Assembly: GCA_965235115.1 (NCBI GenBank)
Contig: OZ249436.1
Location: forward strand, 1,118,001-1,182,000
Length of the DNA: 64,000 nucleotides
From: Laetmonice hystrix
Taxonomy: Eukaryota
Direction: 5' to 3'
The first letter of the stretch is position 1; the number at the start of each line of letters is the position of its first letter. The translations under genes and the position numbers were made by a program. The notes under the pieces were generated by a model. It worked only from the letters and a program-made list of their open reading frames with translations, was not told the DNA's origin and did not search any database. Positions 49,581-61,080 of the stretch are shown piece after piece.

Positions 49581-50075
49581 GACGTCTGTAAGAGATAAAT
49601 TAGAGTCTATGTTCAAGATAAGATTGAATGATCCGAGGAAGGGATTACCTTATAACGCTTTTTAAAAACTTTCCTTATGTTGGTCGCCTGCATTACCACA
49701 AGACGCCATCGTTTCCGGCCCTTTTCGACGTGCTCGATTGGCGGTCTCACATGTTTTACAGAATGCTCTGCCTAAAGGAGTGGAAAAAAATCGATCGTGA
49801 CTTTTTGCAGCAGGACAAGTCAAATCATAGCGCAAATTCCCTGTATCCAGAATCATCCGAAGTCAATTAGGACTTGTTGACAACCAAAGCTCAAGGGCCG
49901 GAAGCAGGTCAGATAGACTATAATCCTGGGTGCATGCGCTGTGGCGGCCACAGCTGGCCCCCAGCGGGTGTTGCGTGAACTATTTTAGGGAAACACCCGT
50001 ATAGTGACGTTATCATCGTCGCCATGCAATATTGTAAGTAAATGGAAGTAAAATCATTATAGAGAATGTCTCTCC
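49578..50075 (-). repeat. ~500-bp dispersed repeat; inverted paralog of 39842-40344
   Basis: Same shared blocks as 39842-40344, opposite orientation. Confidence 0.85.
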
Positions 50076-50139
50076 TTCTGTATAGTCAGACATAACAGCA
50101 CAGATCGAGATCTTTGAATCAGGCAAGTTACAGCTTAGT

Positions 50140-51822
50140 CTTATCACATACTGCAGCAGGATCTTTATCACATCCTGCAGCAGGACCTTTATCACATCCT
50201 GCAGCAGGACCTTTATCTTATACTGCAGCAGGACCTTTATCACATACTGCAGCAGGACCTTTATCACATACTGCAGCAGGACCTTTATCACATCCTGCAG
50301 CAGGACCTTTGTCACATACAGCAGCAGGACCTTTGTCACATACAGCAGCAGGACCTTTATCACATCCTGCAGCAGGACCTTTATCACATACTGCAGCAGG
50401 ACCTTTATCACATCCTGCAGCAGGACCTTTATCACATCCTGCAGCAGGACCTTTATCACATACAGCAGCAGGACCTTTATCACATACTGCAGCAGGACCT
50501 TTATCACATACTGCAGCAGGACCTTTATCACATACTGCAGCAGGACCTTTATCACATACTGCAGCAGGACCTTTATCACATACTGCAGCAGGACCTTTAT
50601 CACATACTGCAGCAGGACCTTTATCACATCCTGCAGCAGGACCTTTGTCACATACAGCAGCAGGACCTTTATCTCATACTGCAGCAGGACCTTTATCACA
50701 TACTGCAGCAGGACCTTTATCACATACTGCAGCAGGACCTTTATCACATACTGCAGCAGGACCTTTATCACATCCTGCAGCAGGACCTTTGTCACATACA
50801 GCAGCAGGACCTTTATCACATACTGCAGCAGGACCTTTATCACATACTGCAGCAGGACCTTTATCACATACTGCAGCAGGACCTTTATCACATCCTGCAG
50901 CAGGACCTTTATCACATCCTGCAGCAGGACCTTTATCACATACTGCAGCAGGACCTTTATCACATACTGCAGCAGGACCTTTATCACATACAGCAGCAGG
51001 ACCTTTATCACATACTGCAGCAGGACCTTTATCACATCCTGCAGCAGGACCTTTATCATAAACTGCAGCAGGACCTTTATCACATACTGCAGCAGGACCT
51101 TTATCACATACTGCAGCAGGACCTTTATCACATCCTGCAGCAGGACCTTTGTCACATACAGCAGCAGGACCTTTATCTCATACTGCAGCAGGACCTTTAT
51201 CACATACTGCAGCAGGACCTTTATCACATACTGCAGCAGGACCTTTATCACATACTGCAGCAGGACCTTTATCACATCCTGCAGCAGGACCTTTGTCACA
51301 TACAGCAGCAGGACCTTTATCACATACTGCAGCAGGACCTTTATCACATACTGCAGCAGGACCTTTATCACATACTGCAGCAGGACCTTTATCACATCCT
51401 GCAGCAGGACCTTTATCACATCCTGCAGCAGGACCTTTATCACATACTGCAGCAGGACCTTTATCACATACTGCAGCAGGACCTTTATCACATACAGCAG
51501 CAGGACCTTTATCACATACTGCAGCAGGACCTTTATCACATCCTGCAGCAGGACCTTTATCATAAACTGCAGCAGGACCTTTATCACATACTGCAGCAGG
51601 ACCTTTATCACATACTGCAGGAGGACCTTCATCTCATACTGCAGCAGGACCTTTATTACATCCTGCAGCAGGACCTTTATTACATCCTGCAGCAGGACCT
51701 TTATCACATCCTGCAGCAGGACCTTTATCACATACTGCAGCAGGACCTTTATCACATCCTGCAGCAGGACCTTTATCACATCCTGCAGCAGGACCTTTAT
51801 CACATACTGCAGCAGGACCTTT
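50140..51822. repeat. 24-bp x ~70 satellite with ~504-bp higher-order period
   Basis: ttatcacatactgcagcaggacct; rare variant cataaactgc recurs at 51057 and 51561. Confidence 0.97.
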
Positions 51823-52143
51823 TCCTCACTTCAGAACGTTTGCACAAGACCCGTATCCCATGTTGTCCTGCTCGTGAATTCCAACACCCTTCAATGGGGT
51901 TAGATTTTGACCCGAACCTCTTCAATCCCAAATTTCCGATGTCCAGATTTGTCACAGGTTTTAACTTTTAGGCTTATATGATATCTCTAAATCGGTATGA
52001 ATAAATACGTAGAGGGCAGTGACTGATGATTACCCGTCAAAAACGTTCTTTGTAGCTTAAGTTTAACTTTAAGTCACTTCATGTTACTCGGTATATTAAT
52101 ACGTAAACAGATGGTCTTTCTGGCTGCACTGGCTTCACTTCCA

Positions 52144-52182
<39 letters not shown>

Positions 52183-52269
52183 GGATGTCGGTACCAGAGC
52201 AAAAAGAAAAACGATAGCTCGAACAGGATTCGAACCCGGTACCTCCTCCTATCTCACAATGATGAAGAA

Positions 52270-52414
52270 ATTGCGCGATGAATCCACGAAAACATACGAA
52301 TCTTCCCCAAAATCTAATCGATTGTTCCCTGGCACGAGACAGACAGACAGTCAGACAGACAGACATACAGGGCTGAAAACGGAACCTCCTTTCAACTTCG
52401 TTGGCGGCGGTAAT
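52270..52414 (+). mobile_element. Probable non-autonomous Helentron/HINE-like 3' fragment
   Basis: cccaaaatctaatcgattgttccct core, (acag)n microsatellite, terminal imperfect hairpin acctcc...ggcggtaat. Confidence 0.45.
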
Positions 52415-52888
52415 TTGGCCCCGAACAGCTCCAGGTATCTTGTTCGCACCGACACATTTCCAGTTATATTATAACAGCCCGACTTTGCGACTTGTGTAAA
52501 ACAGAATTCCGAACACCCATCAAAAGTCAAAGAAAAGGGCATGAGAGCTATGGATGACATTTGAGAAGCGCCATGCAGACATTTCTTCTGAAAGTTCATG
52601 TACTATCTTTTTGAAATTCGCGAGACAGTGTGAGACAACTATAGAGAAACGAGTACCTGAACAGTATATCGACGGACTTCTCTATACAGTCGAGCGTGTT
52701 CAAGGTCCATGTAAAGGTGTAGATCTTATCTCGTGGTAACGGGGCTCGCCGGAGATGTCCGGCGAGTTTACAGATCCTGTCACGAGAGAATATTGTTTAG
52801 AAGTTTTGAAGCCGTGAGCTTGCTGAATGAGGCGTGAAGAGGGCAATTTACTTGCAGCATAGTACCTTTCACTGTCACGTGATTCCAC

Positions 52889-54690
52889 CGATTGTCGGTG
52901 TCCTCACGTCCCCCATATGACTGACAGTGAGCAGACACCGACTGCCGGTGACGTCCCCCATATGACTGACAGTGAGCAGACACCGACTGCCGGTGACGTC
53001 CCCCATATGACTGACAGTGAGCAGACACCGACTGCCGGTGTCCTCACGTCCCCCATATGACTGACAGTGAGCAGACACCGACTGCCGGTGACGTCCCCCA
53101 TATGACTGACAGTGAGCAGACACCGACTGCCGGTGTCGTCCCCCATATGACTGACAGTGAGCAGACACCGACTGCCGGTGACGTCCCCCATATGACTGAC
53201 AGTGAGCAGACACCGACTGCCGGTGACGTCCCCCATATGACTGACAGTGAGCAGACACCGACTGCCGGTGTCGTCCCCCATATGACTGACAGTGAGCAGA
53301 CACCGACTGCCGGTGTCGTCCCCCATATGACTGACAGTGAGCAGACACCGACTGCCGGTGTCCTCACGTCCCCCATATGACTGACAGTGAGCAGACACCG
53401 ACTGCCGGTGTCGTCCCCCATATGACTGACAGTGAGCAGACACCGACTGCCGGTGTCCTCACGTCCCCCATATGACTGACAGTGAGCAGACACCGACTGC
53501 CGGTGACGTCCCCCATATGACTGACAGTGAGCAGACACCGACTGCCGGTGTCCTCACGTCCCCATATGACTGACAGTGAGCAGACGCCGACTGCCGGTGA
53601 CGTCCCCCATATGACTGACAGTGAGCAGACACCGACTGCCGGTGTCGTCCCCCATATGACTGACAGTGAGCAGACACCGACTGCCGGTGACGTCCCCCAT
53701 ATGACTGACAGTGAGCAGACACCGACTGCCGGTGACGTCCCCCATATGACTGACAGTGAGCAGACACCGACTGCCGGTGTCGTCCCCCATATGACTGACA
53801 GTGAGCAGACACCGACTGCCGGTGTCCTCACGTCCCCATATGACTGACAGTGAGCAGACACCGACTGCCGGTGTCCTCACGTCCCCCATATGGCTGACAG
53901 TGAGCAGACACCGACTGCCGGTGACGTCCCCCATATGACTGACAGTGAGCAGACACCGACTGCCGGTGACGTCCCCCATATGACTGACAGTGAGCAGACA
54001 CCGACTGCCGGTGTCGTCCCCCATATGACTGACAGTGAGCAGACACCGACTGCCGGTGACGTCCCCCATATGACTGACAGTGAGCAGACACCGACTGCCG
54101 GTGTCCTCACGTCCCCCATATGACTGACAGTGAGCAGACACCGACTGCCGGTGACGTCCCCCATATGACTGACAGTGAGCAGACACCGACTGCCGGTGTC
54201 CTCACGTCCCCCATATGACTGACAGTGAGCAGACACCGACTCCCGGTGACGTCCCCCATATGACTGACAGTGAGCAGACACCGACTGCCGGTGACGTCCC
54301 CCATATGACTGACAGTGAGCAGACACCGACTGCCGGTGACGTCCCCCATATGACTGACAGTGAGCAGACACCGACTGCCGGTGACGTCCCCCATATGACT
54401 GACAGTGAGCAGACACCGACTGCCGGTGTCGTCCCCCATATGACTGACAGTGAGCAGACACCGACTGCCGGTGTCCTCACGTCCCCATATGACTGACAGT
54501 GAGCAGACACCGACTGCCGGTGACGTCCCCCATATGACTGACAGTGAGCAGACACCGACTGCCGGTGTCCTCACGTCCCCCATATGACTGACAGTGAGCA
54601 GACACCGACTGCCGGTGTCGTCCCCCATATGACTGACAGTAAGCAGACACCGACTGCCGGTGTCGTCCCCCATATGAATGACAGTGAGCA
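52889..54690. repeat. 45/50-bp satellite
   Basis: cgtcccccatatgactgacagtgagcagacaccgactgccggtg(a|t|tcctca). Confidence 0.97.
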
Positions 54691-54827
54691 CACATGTACA
54701 TTGAATTCCATTATTTGCCTTGAGGATTAGTGAGACAGGAAAACGGTGTATGGAAAATACTATGTAAAATTGACGGTGTTCTTGTGCCAGGGATTCAAAT
54801 AACATAAGCGTGCATGGGTTTAAAATA

Positions 54828-55052
54828 CAGTATGACCCCCAAAAAATGATAGTTTAACTTTAGGTGTGCAATACACTTAGATATTTTAGAGGAATTGTCA
54901 AATTTTGAATTTTGAAGTTGAAGTTGAACATAAAGTTTGATCCACCTAGATAACTCTCAGCAAGTTTGGTGTTGACAGGGTCACGCATTACTGATCACAA
55001 CCAGTATCTCTTTTTGACAATGGAACACAGACTATCATTTGTGGGGGTACTG
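54828..55052. mobile_element. Tc1/mariner-like MITE
   Basis: ta|cagtatgacccccaaaaaatgatagt ... actatcatttgtgggggtactg|ta. Confidence 0.7.
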
Positions 55053-55723
55053 TATGTAATTCTTGTATAGGAAAGTCTGAGTATAATTTCCAAAGGATCA
55101 AAGACGAAGTTTCCCTGGAGGGACGTAATATCGTATAAGCCAGCAGTGATATGGTGAGAGATTCGTGTGGGTTGGATGAAAGTACTGGGCTGTAAGGATG
55201 CCTCCGACCATGAGCCCTAATTGATTAAAGGCAGTAGGATGAGGTTCTATAGTAGCCCCACAATCCTCGCGGGTCACACATCCAATCAGGTACACCTTGC
55301 TCTCCTAATCTTCTCGAGATCTTCAAAGAGGACGATACTCATACGTATGGACGACCTACAGGATTGGGTCAGGACTTGGTGGCGTTAAAGGCTTTTCTCC
55401 GCGGTCGCCTTTCATAGGGTATCTGAGGTTTAGAAATACAGATAGGCTTTATCTTGCTGGACATATGATGAAGCGAAGCGTCGGCCTTACTTAAAAGTTG
55501 GCCTAGGCCTATATGACGGCCCAGAAACACGGACTGATTTACGGCCGGTCTTGAGATACGGCCCATTTATCCGCATAGTTTACCTATGGAGAAAAACCGG
55601 CCGTCTCTCAAAATCGACCGTAACTCGGTCTGTGTTTCTGGGATTCACATGTCGGCCGACACCGATACCGACAACGACGCACGGATTGGGAACTGTTCTC
55701 GGCCGTCAGCGGGACCTCTTCCC

Positions 55724-56010
55724 GTCGGTATCGGTCTATGTCTGCATGGTCACATAGTGTGCTGTAGAAAAGGTCGGTGTCGGTATCGGTCTATGTCTGC
55801 ATGGTCACATAGTGTGCTGTAGAAAAGGTCGGTGTCGGTATCGGTCTATGTCTGCATGGTCACATAGTGTGCTGTAGAAAAGGTCGGTGTCGGTATCGGT
55901 CTATGTCTGCATGGTCACATAGTGTGCTGTAGAAAAGGTCGGTGTCGGTATCGGTCTATGTCTGCATGGTCACATAGTGTGCTGTAGAAAAGGTCGGTGT
56001 CGGTATCGGT
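55724..56010. repeat. 55-bp x 5 tandem array
   Basis: gtcggtatcggtctatgtctgcatggtcacatagtgtgctgtagaaaaggtcggt. Confidence 0.95.
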
Positions 56011-56058
56011 ATAATAATTGGCGGCTGTGTGGATGCGGTCTGACACTTCATACGCTTA

Positions 56059-56269
56059 AGTGCTGAACCCACCAAGGCGATTCCCCTTGCGGCGCCCATG
56101 CGATTTTGACATCACCCTTTTATTTTACTGTAATTTTGAGATTAAAGGATGGAACCCATTTCCTGAAACAGAGAAGGCCAGCCAAGAAAAATTTCAGAGT
56201 AAAATTCAACCAGTAAATCAAAAATCGCATGGCCGTCGCAAGGGGAATCGCCTTGGTGGGTTCAGCACT
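56059..56269. mobile_element. PIF/Harbinger-like MITE
   Basis: tta|agtgctgaacccaccaaggcgattccccttgcg ... cgcaaggggaatcgccttggtgggttcagcact|tta (TTA TSD). Confidence 0.88.
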
Positions 56270-56797
56270 TTATTAAAAAAACGCCACGGACAATATCTAT
56301 TTTTAATCTTTTCATAACAGTAGGGCGCCCAGCAGATAACCTGGCGATTCCGTGTCAGCTCAGCAACTATATCAGCAGACATCGGTAGATCAAGAGCGAG
56401 GATTCCTGCTTGCGGTAATTAGATTATGGAAAGAACTAATACGACGCTGGCCGTGACCATCATAGATCTTTGTCCGACAGGAAGGAACGCTCCCAGCCAC
56501 ACCCTGTTTATACAGAGTCACCGTGCCCGGATACCGGAAGGAGGTCCCTAGCTGGTCTCCTCAACTAGACGGACCTGCTGACCATGCATGTCATATTGAA
56601 AGCCTTCCGCTGTAAGCTGACAGTACATGTAAGATAATAAGTAAATGATAGGTCATCAGCAGCGTTATGTACTCAACAGGACCTTTCCGTATAGGCCTAA
56701 TACGTGTAGCAGGTACTAGCAGGTGACGCTAATCATATACGACACGCAACATATTTTTTTACCAGCATTTTGCAAAAGTTCAGTCCATTCATTATTG

Positions 56798-57452
56798 GAT
56801 ATACATTGTACATTATACATTATACATTATACAATATACATTATACAATATACATTATACATTATACATTATACAATACCCGCTCTCCAAGAGAAATCAA
56901 CAGAGAAGGGGACGGAATAGAAGACGAAGAAGAAACAGAAGAGGAAGAAGAGACAGAAGAACCTACGGAAGGATCGAGGGGGAGGAGGAGGAGGAGGAGG
57001 AGAAGGGGAGGGAGAGGAGGAGGAGGAGGAGGAGAAGGAGGAGAAGGAGGAGGAGGAATCAGATACGTGTCTAAAAAGATCATTGAGCTGAAAAGGTCAA
57101 TTGTTTCTGGGTTGTCCATCACATTTCTGGGTTGTCTATCACATTTCTGGGTTGTCTATCACATTTCTGGGTTGTCTATCACATTTCTGGGTTGTCTATC
57201 ACATTTCTGGGTTGTCTATCACATTTCTGGGTTGTCTATCACAATGTGAACGGCAGAGTTGGCATCCAATTGACATCTTTAATTGCCGGCATTTGAAACC
57301 GGTCTTTCCTTATCATGACGTCAGCGTATTCAGACGTCAAAGTCAGTGTAATCAGACGTCAAGGTCAGTGTATTCAGACGTCAAGGTCAGCGTATTCAGA
57401 CGTCAAAGTCAGTGTAATCAGACGTCAAAGTCAGTGTAATCAGACGTCAAAA
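56798..57452. repeat. Cluster of simple repeats: (tatacat)n, (gga/gaa)n, 20-bp x 7, ~21-bp x 6
   Basis: Directly visible. Confidence 0.9.
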
Positions 57453-59139
57453 GCTACTTCACCAGCCTTTAATTAGTGTCACATACACGATTCGTGTTGG
57501 CGCAATGTGCGAGGTATTTAAGGAAACGAGGTTAGTGCTGCTCTTTACAAAGTGTGCCATGCCTTACAGCTCGCAAGTGTCCGTGTTGACCTAGAAATAT
57601 ATCCAATTCCATTGTAATGATGCTAATATCCTGGTGCAACGCCCGCTGATTCGGGATCAGCCCCATATCGGTTTGGGCAGATTTCAATATTTACTTTCAC
57701 CCTTGGTCCGATTCACGCAGGTTTGGGTATTCTTTACGTCAATCAGTCATATTATACCTCTCCGAAGTAAAGTGAGTCAAATTTGGACCTTTCCCCCCAA
57801 TCTACAGTCTGCATGCCCACCTGAGAGGTCACGTGACATTTTGGTTACAGGTCGCCGCCTCGGCACAAGTCAGCAGGCTGTCAAATAGTCCGGGGGAAGG
57901 ACTTCCGTTTTCGTAACGCTATGGTGTGGGAGTGATACGGCAGTGGGGAGTTCATCTATATTCTTACCTGTGACGTCACGGGCAGTTCCCCAACTTGAGC
58001 CGCAACTTCCATTCGGCCAAAATCTGCTGACGTCCAGTATAATTAGCAAACACCTAAAAGTAGAGTTAGCCCACTATCTGTATAGAACATTTGTGTATTC
58101 TTTGGAAATATGAGTTCAGCAACAACCTGGAAACATTTATGAAGACTAAACTAGGATGGCTGTAGTAGGGAAAGTCAGTATACTTACCTCATTTCGCTAT
58201 CAAAATATTCGTTACTGAATCCAAGTAAGGGGTTCAATGTTTACACCACTAACGCTATGACCACCATATTAGTTCCTATCCATAAGATCATGCGCAGTTG
58301 GCACAGGAAGTGGAGGAAAGGAAATGACGAGGCGCGGCGAGTCCTCAACATCTGTCGACACGAAGTGAACGAACGTCCCACCTCCACCCGACTCCTCCGT
58401 CTTAGTCTTTTGTGGAGAATATTCATGTACGATTATTTAGCCGTATTTGCTGGGGCTTATGTGCTGGGTAGGGTATGGTTACTCGGGGTCAGCGTGGCTG
58501 CCCGGGTTTTGGGGGTTAGTTGGGTTCTCTGGGAGGGGTTTCTGGGTTGCTTACTTTCTGCCCATGTTGTCTCCACCCAATAGTAATAGGACAGTAATTT
58601 CTACCCTACGTATATGGAATAAAGTGTTGTTTGTTATCGTGCGATATCTTTAATTATTCAACTTCATAGTCTAGTCTCCTCAACGGTAGGTATACGTATA
58701 CGAGACAGGCCTAATTAGGCTAGCCAGCCCATCCCTACCATACGGCCTCCTCACGTTGGGATGGGGATGAACTAATAAAACAACCAGCATGAGTAACAGG
58801 ACTACTCGCGTGAACTAATAAAACAACCAGCATGAGTAACAGGACTACTCGCGTGAACTAATAAAACAACCAGTATTAGGAGTAGCAGGTCCGGGAAACG
58901 GAACCTGCGCTAACCGGAAAATCAAGAGAACATAATCCTGTACCACTTAGCGAACCGAGCCGGATTTTACTAGAAGCACAGTCCGAGGCACTTGCCATTA
59001 ACCCATTGCCAGGCGTATCCCGTATCGCTGCTACACCAGTCCGTGTGGCCAGTGTCCTCATGTCTCCCACATGTTTTGGTGAAAAAATACGTCAAGAAAT
59101 CGGCTTGCTATAAGTTGTCGTCTTCGGACAGTGGAAAGG

Positions 59140-60560
59140 TACATGGGGACAGTGTAGGCTACACTAGGGTGCAGTGTACATGGGGACAGTGTACACTGGG
59201 GTGCAGTGTACAGGGGGACAGTGTACACTAAGGTGCAGTGTCCAGAGGTACAGTGTACACTGGGGTGCAGTGTCCAGGGGTACAGTGTACACTGGGGTGC
59301 AGTGGACAGGGGGATAGTGTACACTGGGGTGCAGTGGACAGGGGGACAGTGTACACTGGGGTGCAGTGTCCAGGGGACAGTGTACACTGGGGTGCAGTGT
59401 CCAGGGGTACAGTGTACACTGGGGTGCAGTGTCCAGGGGTACAGTGTACACTGGGGTGCAGTGGACAGGGGGACAGTGTACACTGGGGTGCAGTGTCGAG
59501 GGGGACAGTGTACATTGGGGTGCAGTGTCCAGGGGGACAGTGTACACTGGGGTGCAGTGTCCAGGGGGACAGTGTACACTGGGGTGCAGTGTCCAGGGGA
59601 CAGTGTACACTGGGGTGCAGTGTCCAGGGGGACAGTGTACACTGGGGTGCAGTGGACAGGGGGACAGTGTACACTGGGGTGCAGTGTCCAGGGGGACAGT
59701 GTACACTGGGGTGCAGTGTCCAGGGGTACAGTGTACACTGGGGTGCAGTGTCGAGGGGGACAGTGTACACTGGGGTGCAGTGTCCAGGGGTACAGTGTAC
59801 ACTGGGGTGCAGTGTCCAGGGGTACAGTGTACACTGGGGTGCAGTGGACAGGGGGACAGTGTACACTGGGGTGCAGTGTCCAGGGGGACAGTGTACATTG
59901 GGGTGCAGTGTCCAGGGGGACAGTGTACACTGGGGTGCAGTGTCCAGGGGGACAGTGTACACTGGGGTGCAGTGTCCAGGGGACAGTGTACACTGGGGTG
60001 CAGTGTCCAGGGGGACAGTGTACACTGGGGTGCAGTGGACAGGGGGACAGTGTACACTGGGGTGCAGTGTCCAGGGGGACAGTGTACACTGGGGTGCAGT
60101 GTCCAGGGGTACAGTGTACACTGGGGTGCAGTGTCGAGGGGGACAGTGTACACTGGGGTGCAGTGTCCAGGGGTACAGTGTACACTGGGGTGCAGTGTCC
60201 AGGGGTACAGTGTACACTGGGGTGCAGTGTCCAGGGGTACAGTGTACACTGGGGTGCAGTGTCCAGGGGTACAGTGTACACTGGGGTGCAGTGTCCAGGG
60301 GGACAGTGTACACTGGGGTGCAGTGTCCAGGGGGACAGTGTACACTGGGGTGCAGTGTCCAGGGGGACAGTGTACACTGGGGTGCAGTGTCCAGGGGGAC
60401 AGTGTACACTGGGGTGCAGTGTCCAGGGGGACAGTGTACACTGGGGTGCAGTGGACAGGGGGACAGTGTACACTGGGGTGCAGTGGACAGGGGGACAGTG
60501 TACACTGGGGTGCAGTGTACACTGGGGTGCAGTGTCCAGGGGGACACTGGGGTGCAGTGC
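59140..60560. repeat. 32-bp x ~44 satellite with internal palindrome cagtgtacactg
   Basis: gggggacagtgtacactggggtgcagtgtcca. Confidence 0.97.
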
Positions 60561-61080
60561 TCGGCGGATGCTGTACACTATGGGACTCGGCACTGTTACA
60601 CCGGCTTACCAAAAAGGTACTTACCCCAGAATTACTTAGGAAAGGACGTAGGATTGCATGGCTGTGTTAATGGCTGTGATCGAATTTACAACACCGTTTT
60701 ATAAGATACCAGAGAATCAAGGCTGGAAAGTGTGGATCATTAGAACGGACGGATTCTCTCGTTAGACTCAACACAAACAACTATTAGGAATTCGAGAAAA
60801 CGAGGAGATGGAACAGCAGGACTTTAACGAGTTTATCTGGAGGGGAAGAGGACGGCTGAATGTCTTGGTATATTATACGCATGACTGGAGACTATAGTTC
60901 CCGGATCACTATTAGAGAGGGTCTAGTGTTGATTCCCGGCAAACACCAGGCTTTTATTGGTGTGCTGAGCACGTGGTAAGTGTTCCCCGGGTATAAAACA
61001 GATGGAACGAAGGTCTACTCTACTCGGGTCATTCCGAAACAATCGGTGGTCGTTGGGGGACCTTGGACATAACGACAAAC

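Noticed and set aside
50013..51803. 596-aa ORF (VIKVLLQY)n and antisense (SHTAAGPL)n
   Set aside because: Translation of a 24-bp satellite; no unique coding flanks or splice support
52205..52257. tRNA gene (minus-strand GGTTCGAATCC B-box followed by a T-run)
   Set aside because: Only a T-arm-like piece; no A-box, D-arm or acceptor stem found, so at most a SINE/tRNA fragment
52780..54805. Multiple overlapping ORFs
   Set aside because: 45/50/49-bp unit variants shift the frame constantly
56770..57249. Glu/Arg/Gly-rich ORF
   Set aside because: Concatenated simple repeats
60580..60880. Possible RTE-like LINE C-terminal remnant (also 56330-56600)
   Set aside because: By-eye similarity is too weak and interrupted; needs BLASTX
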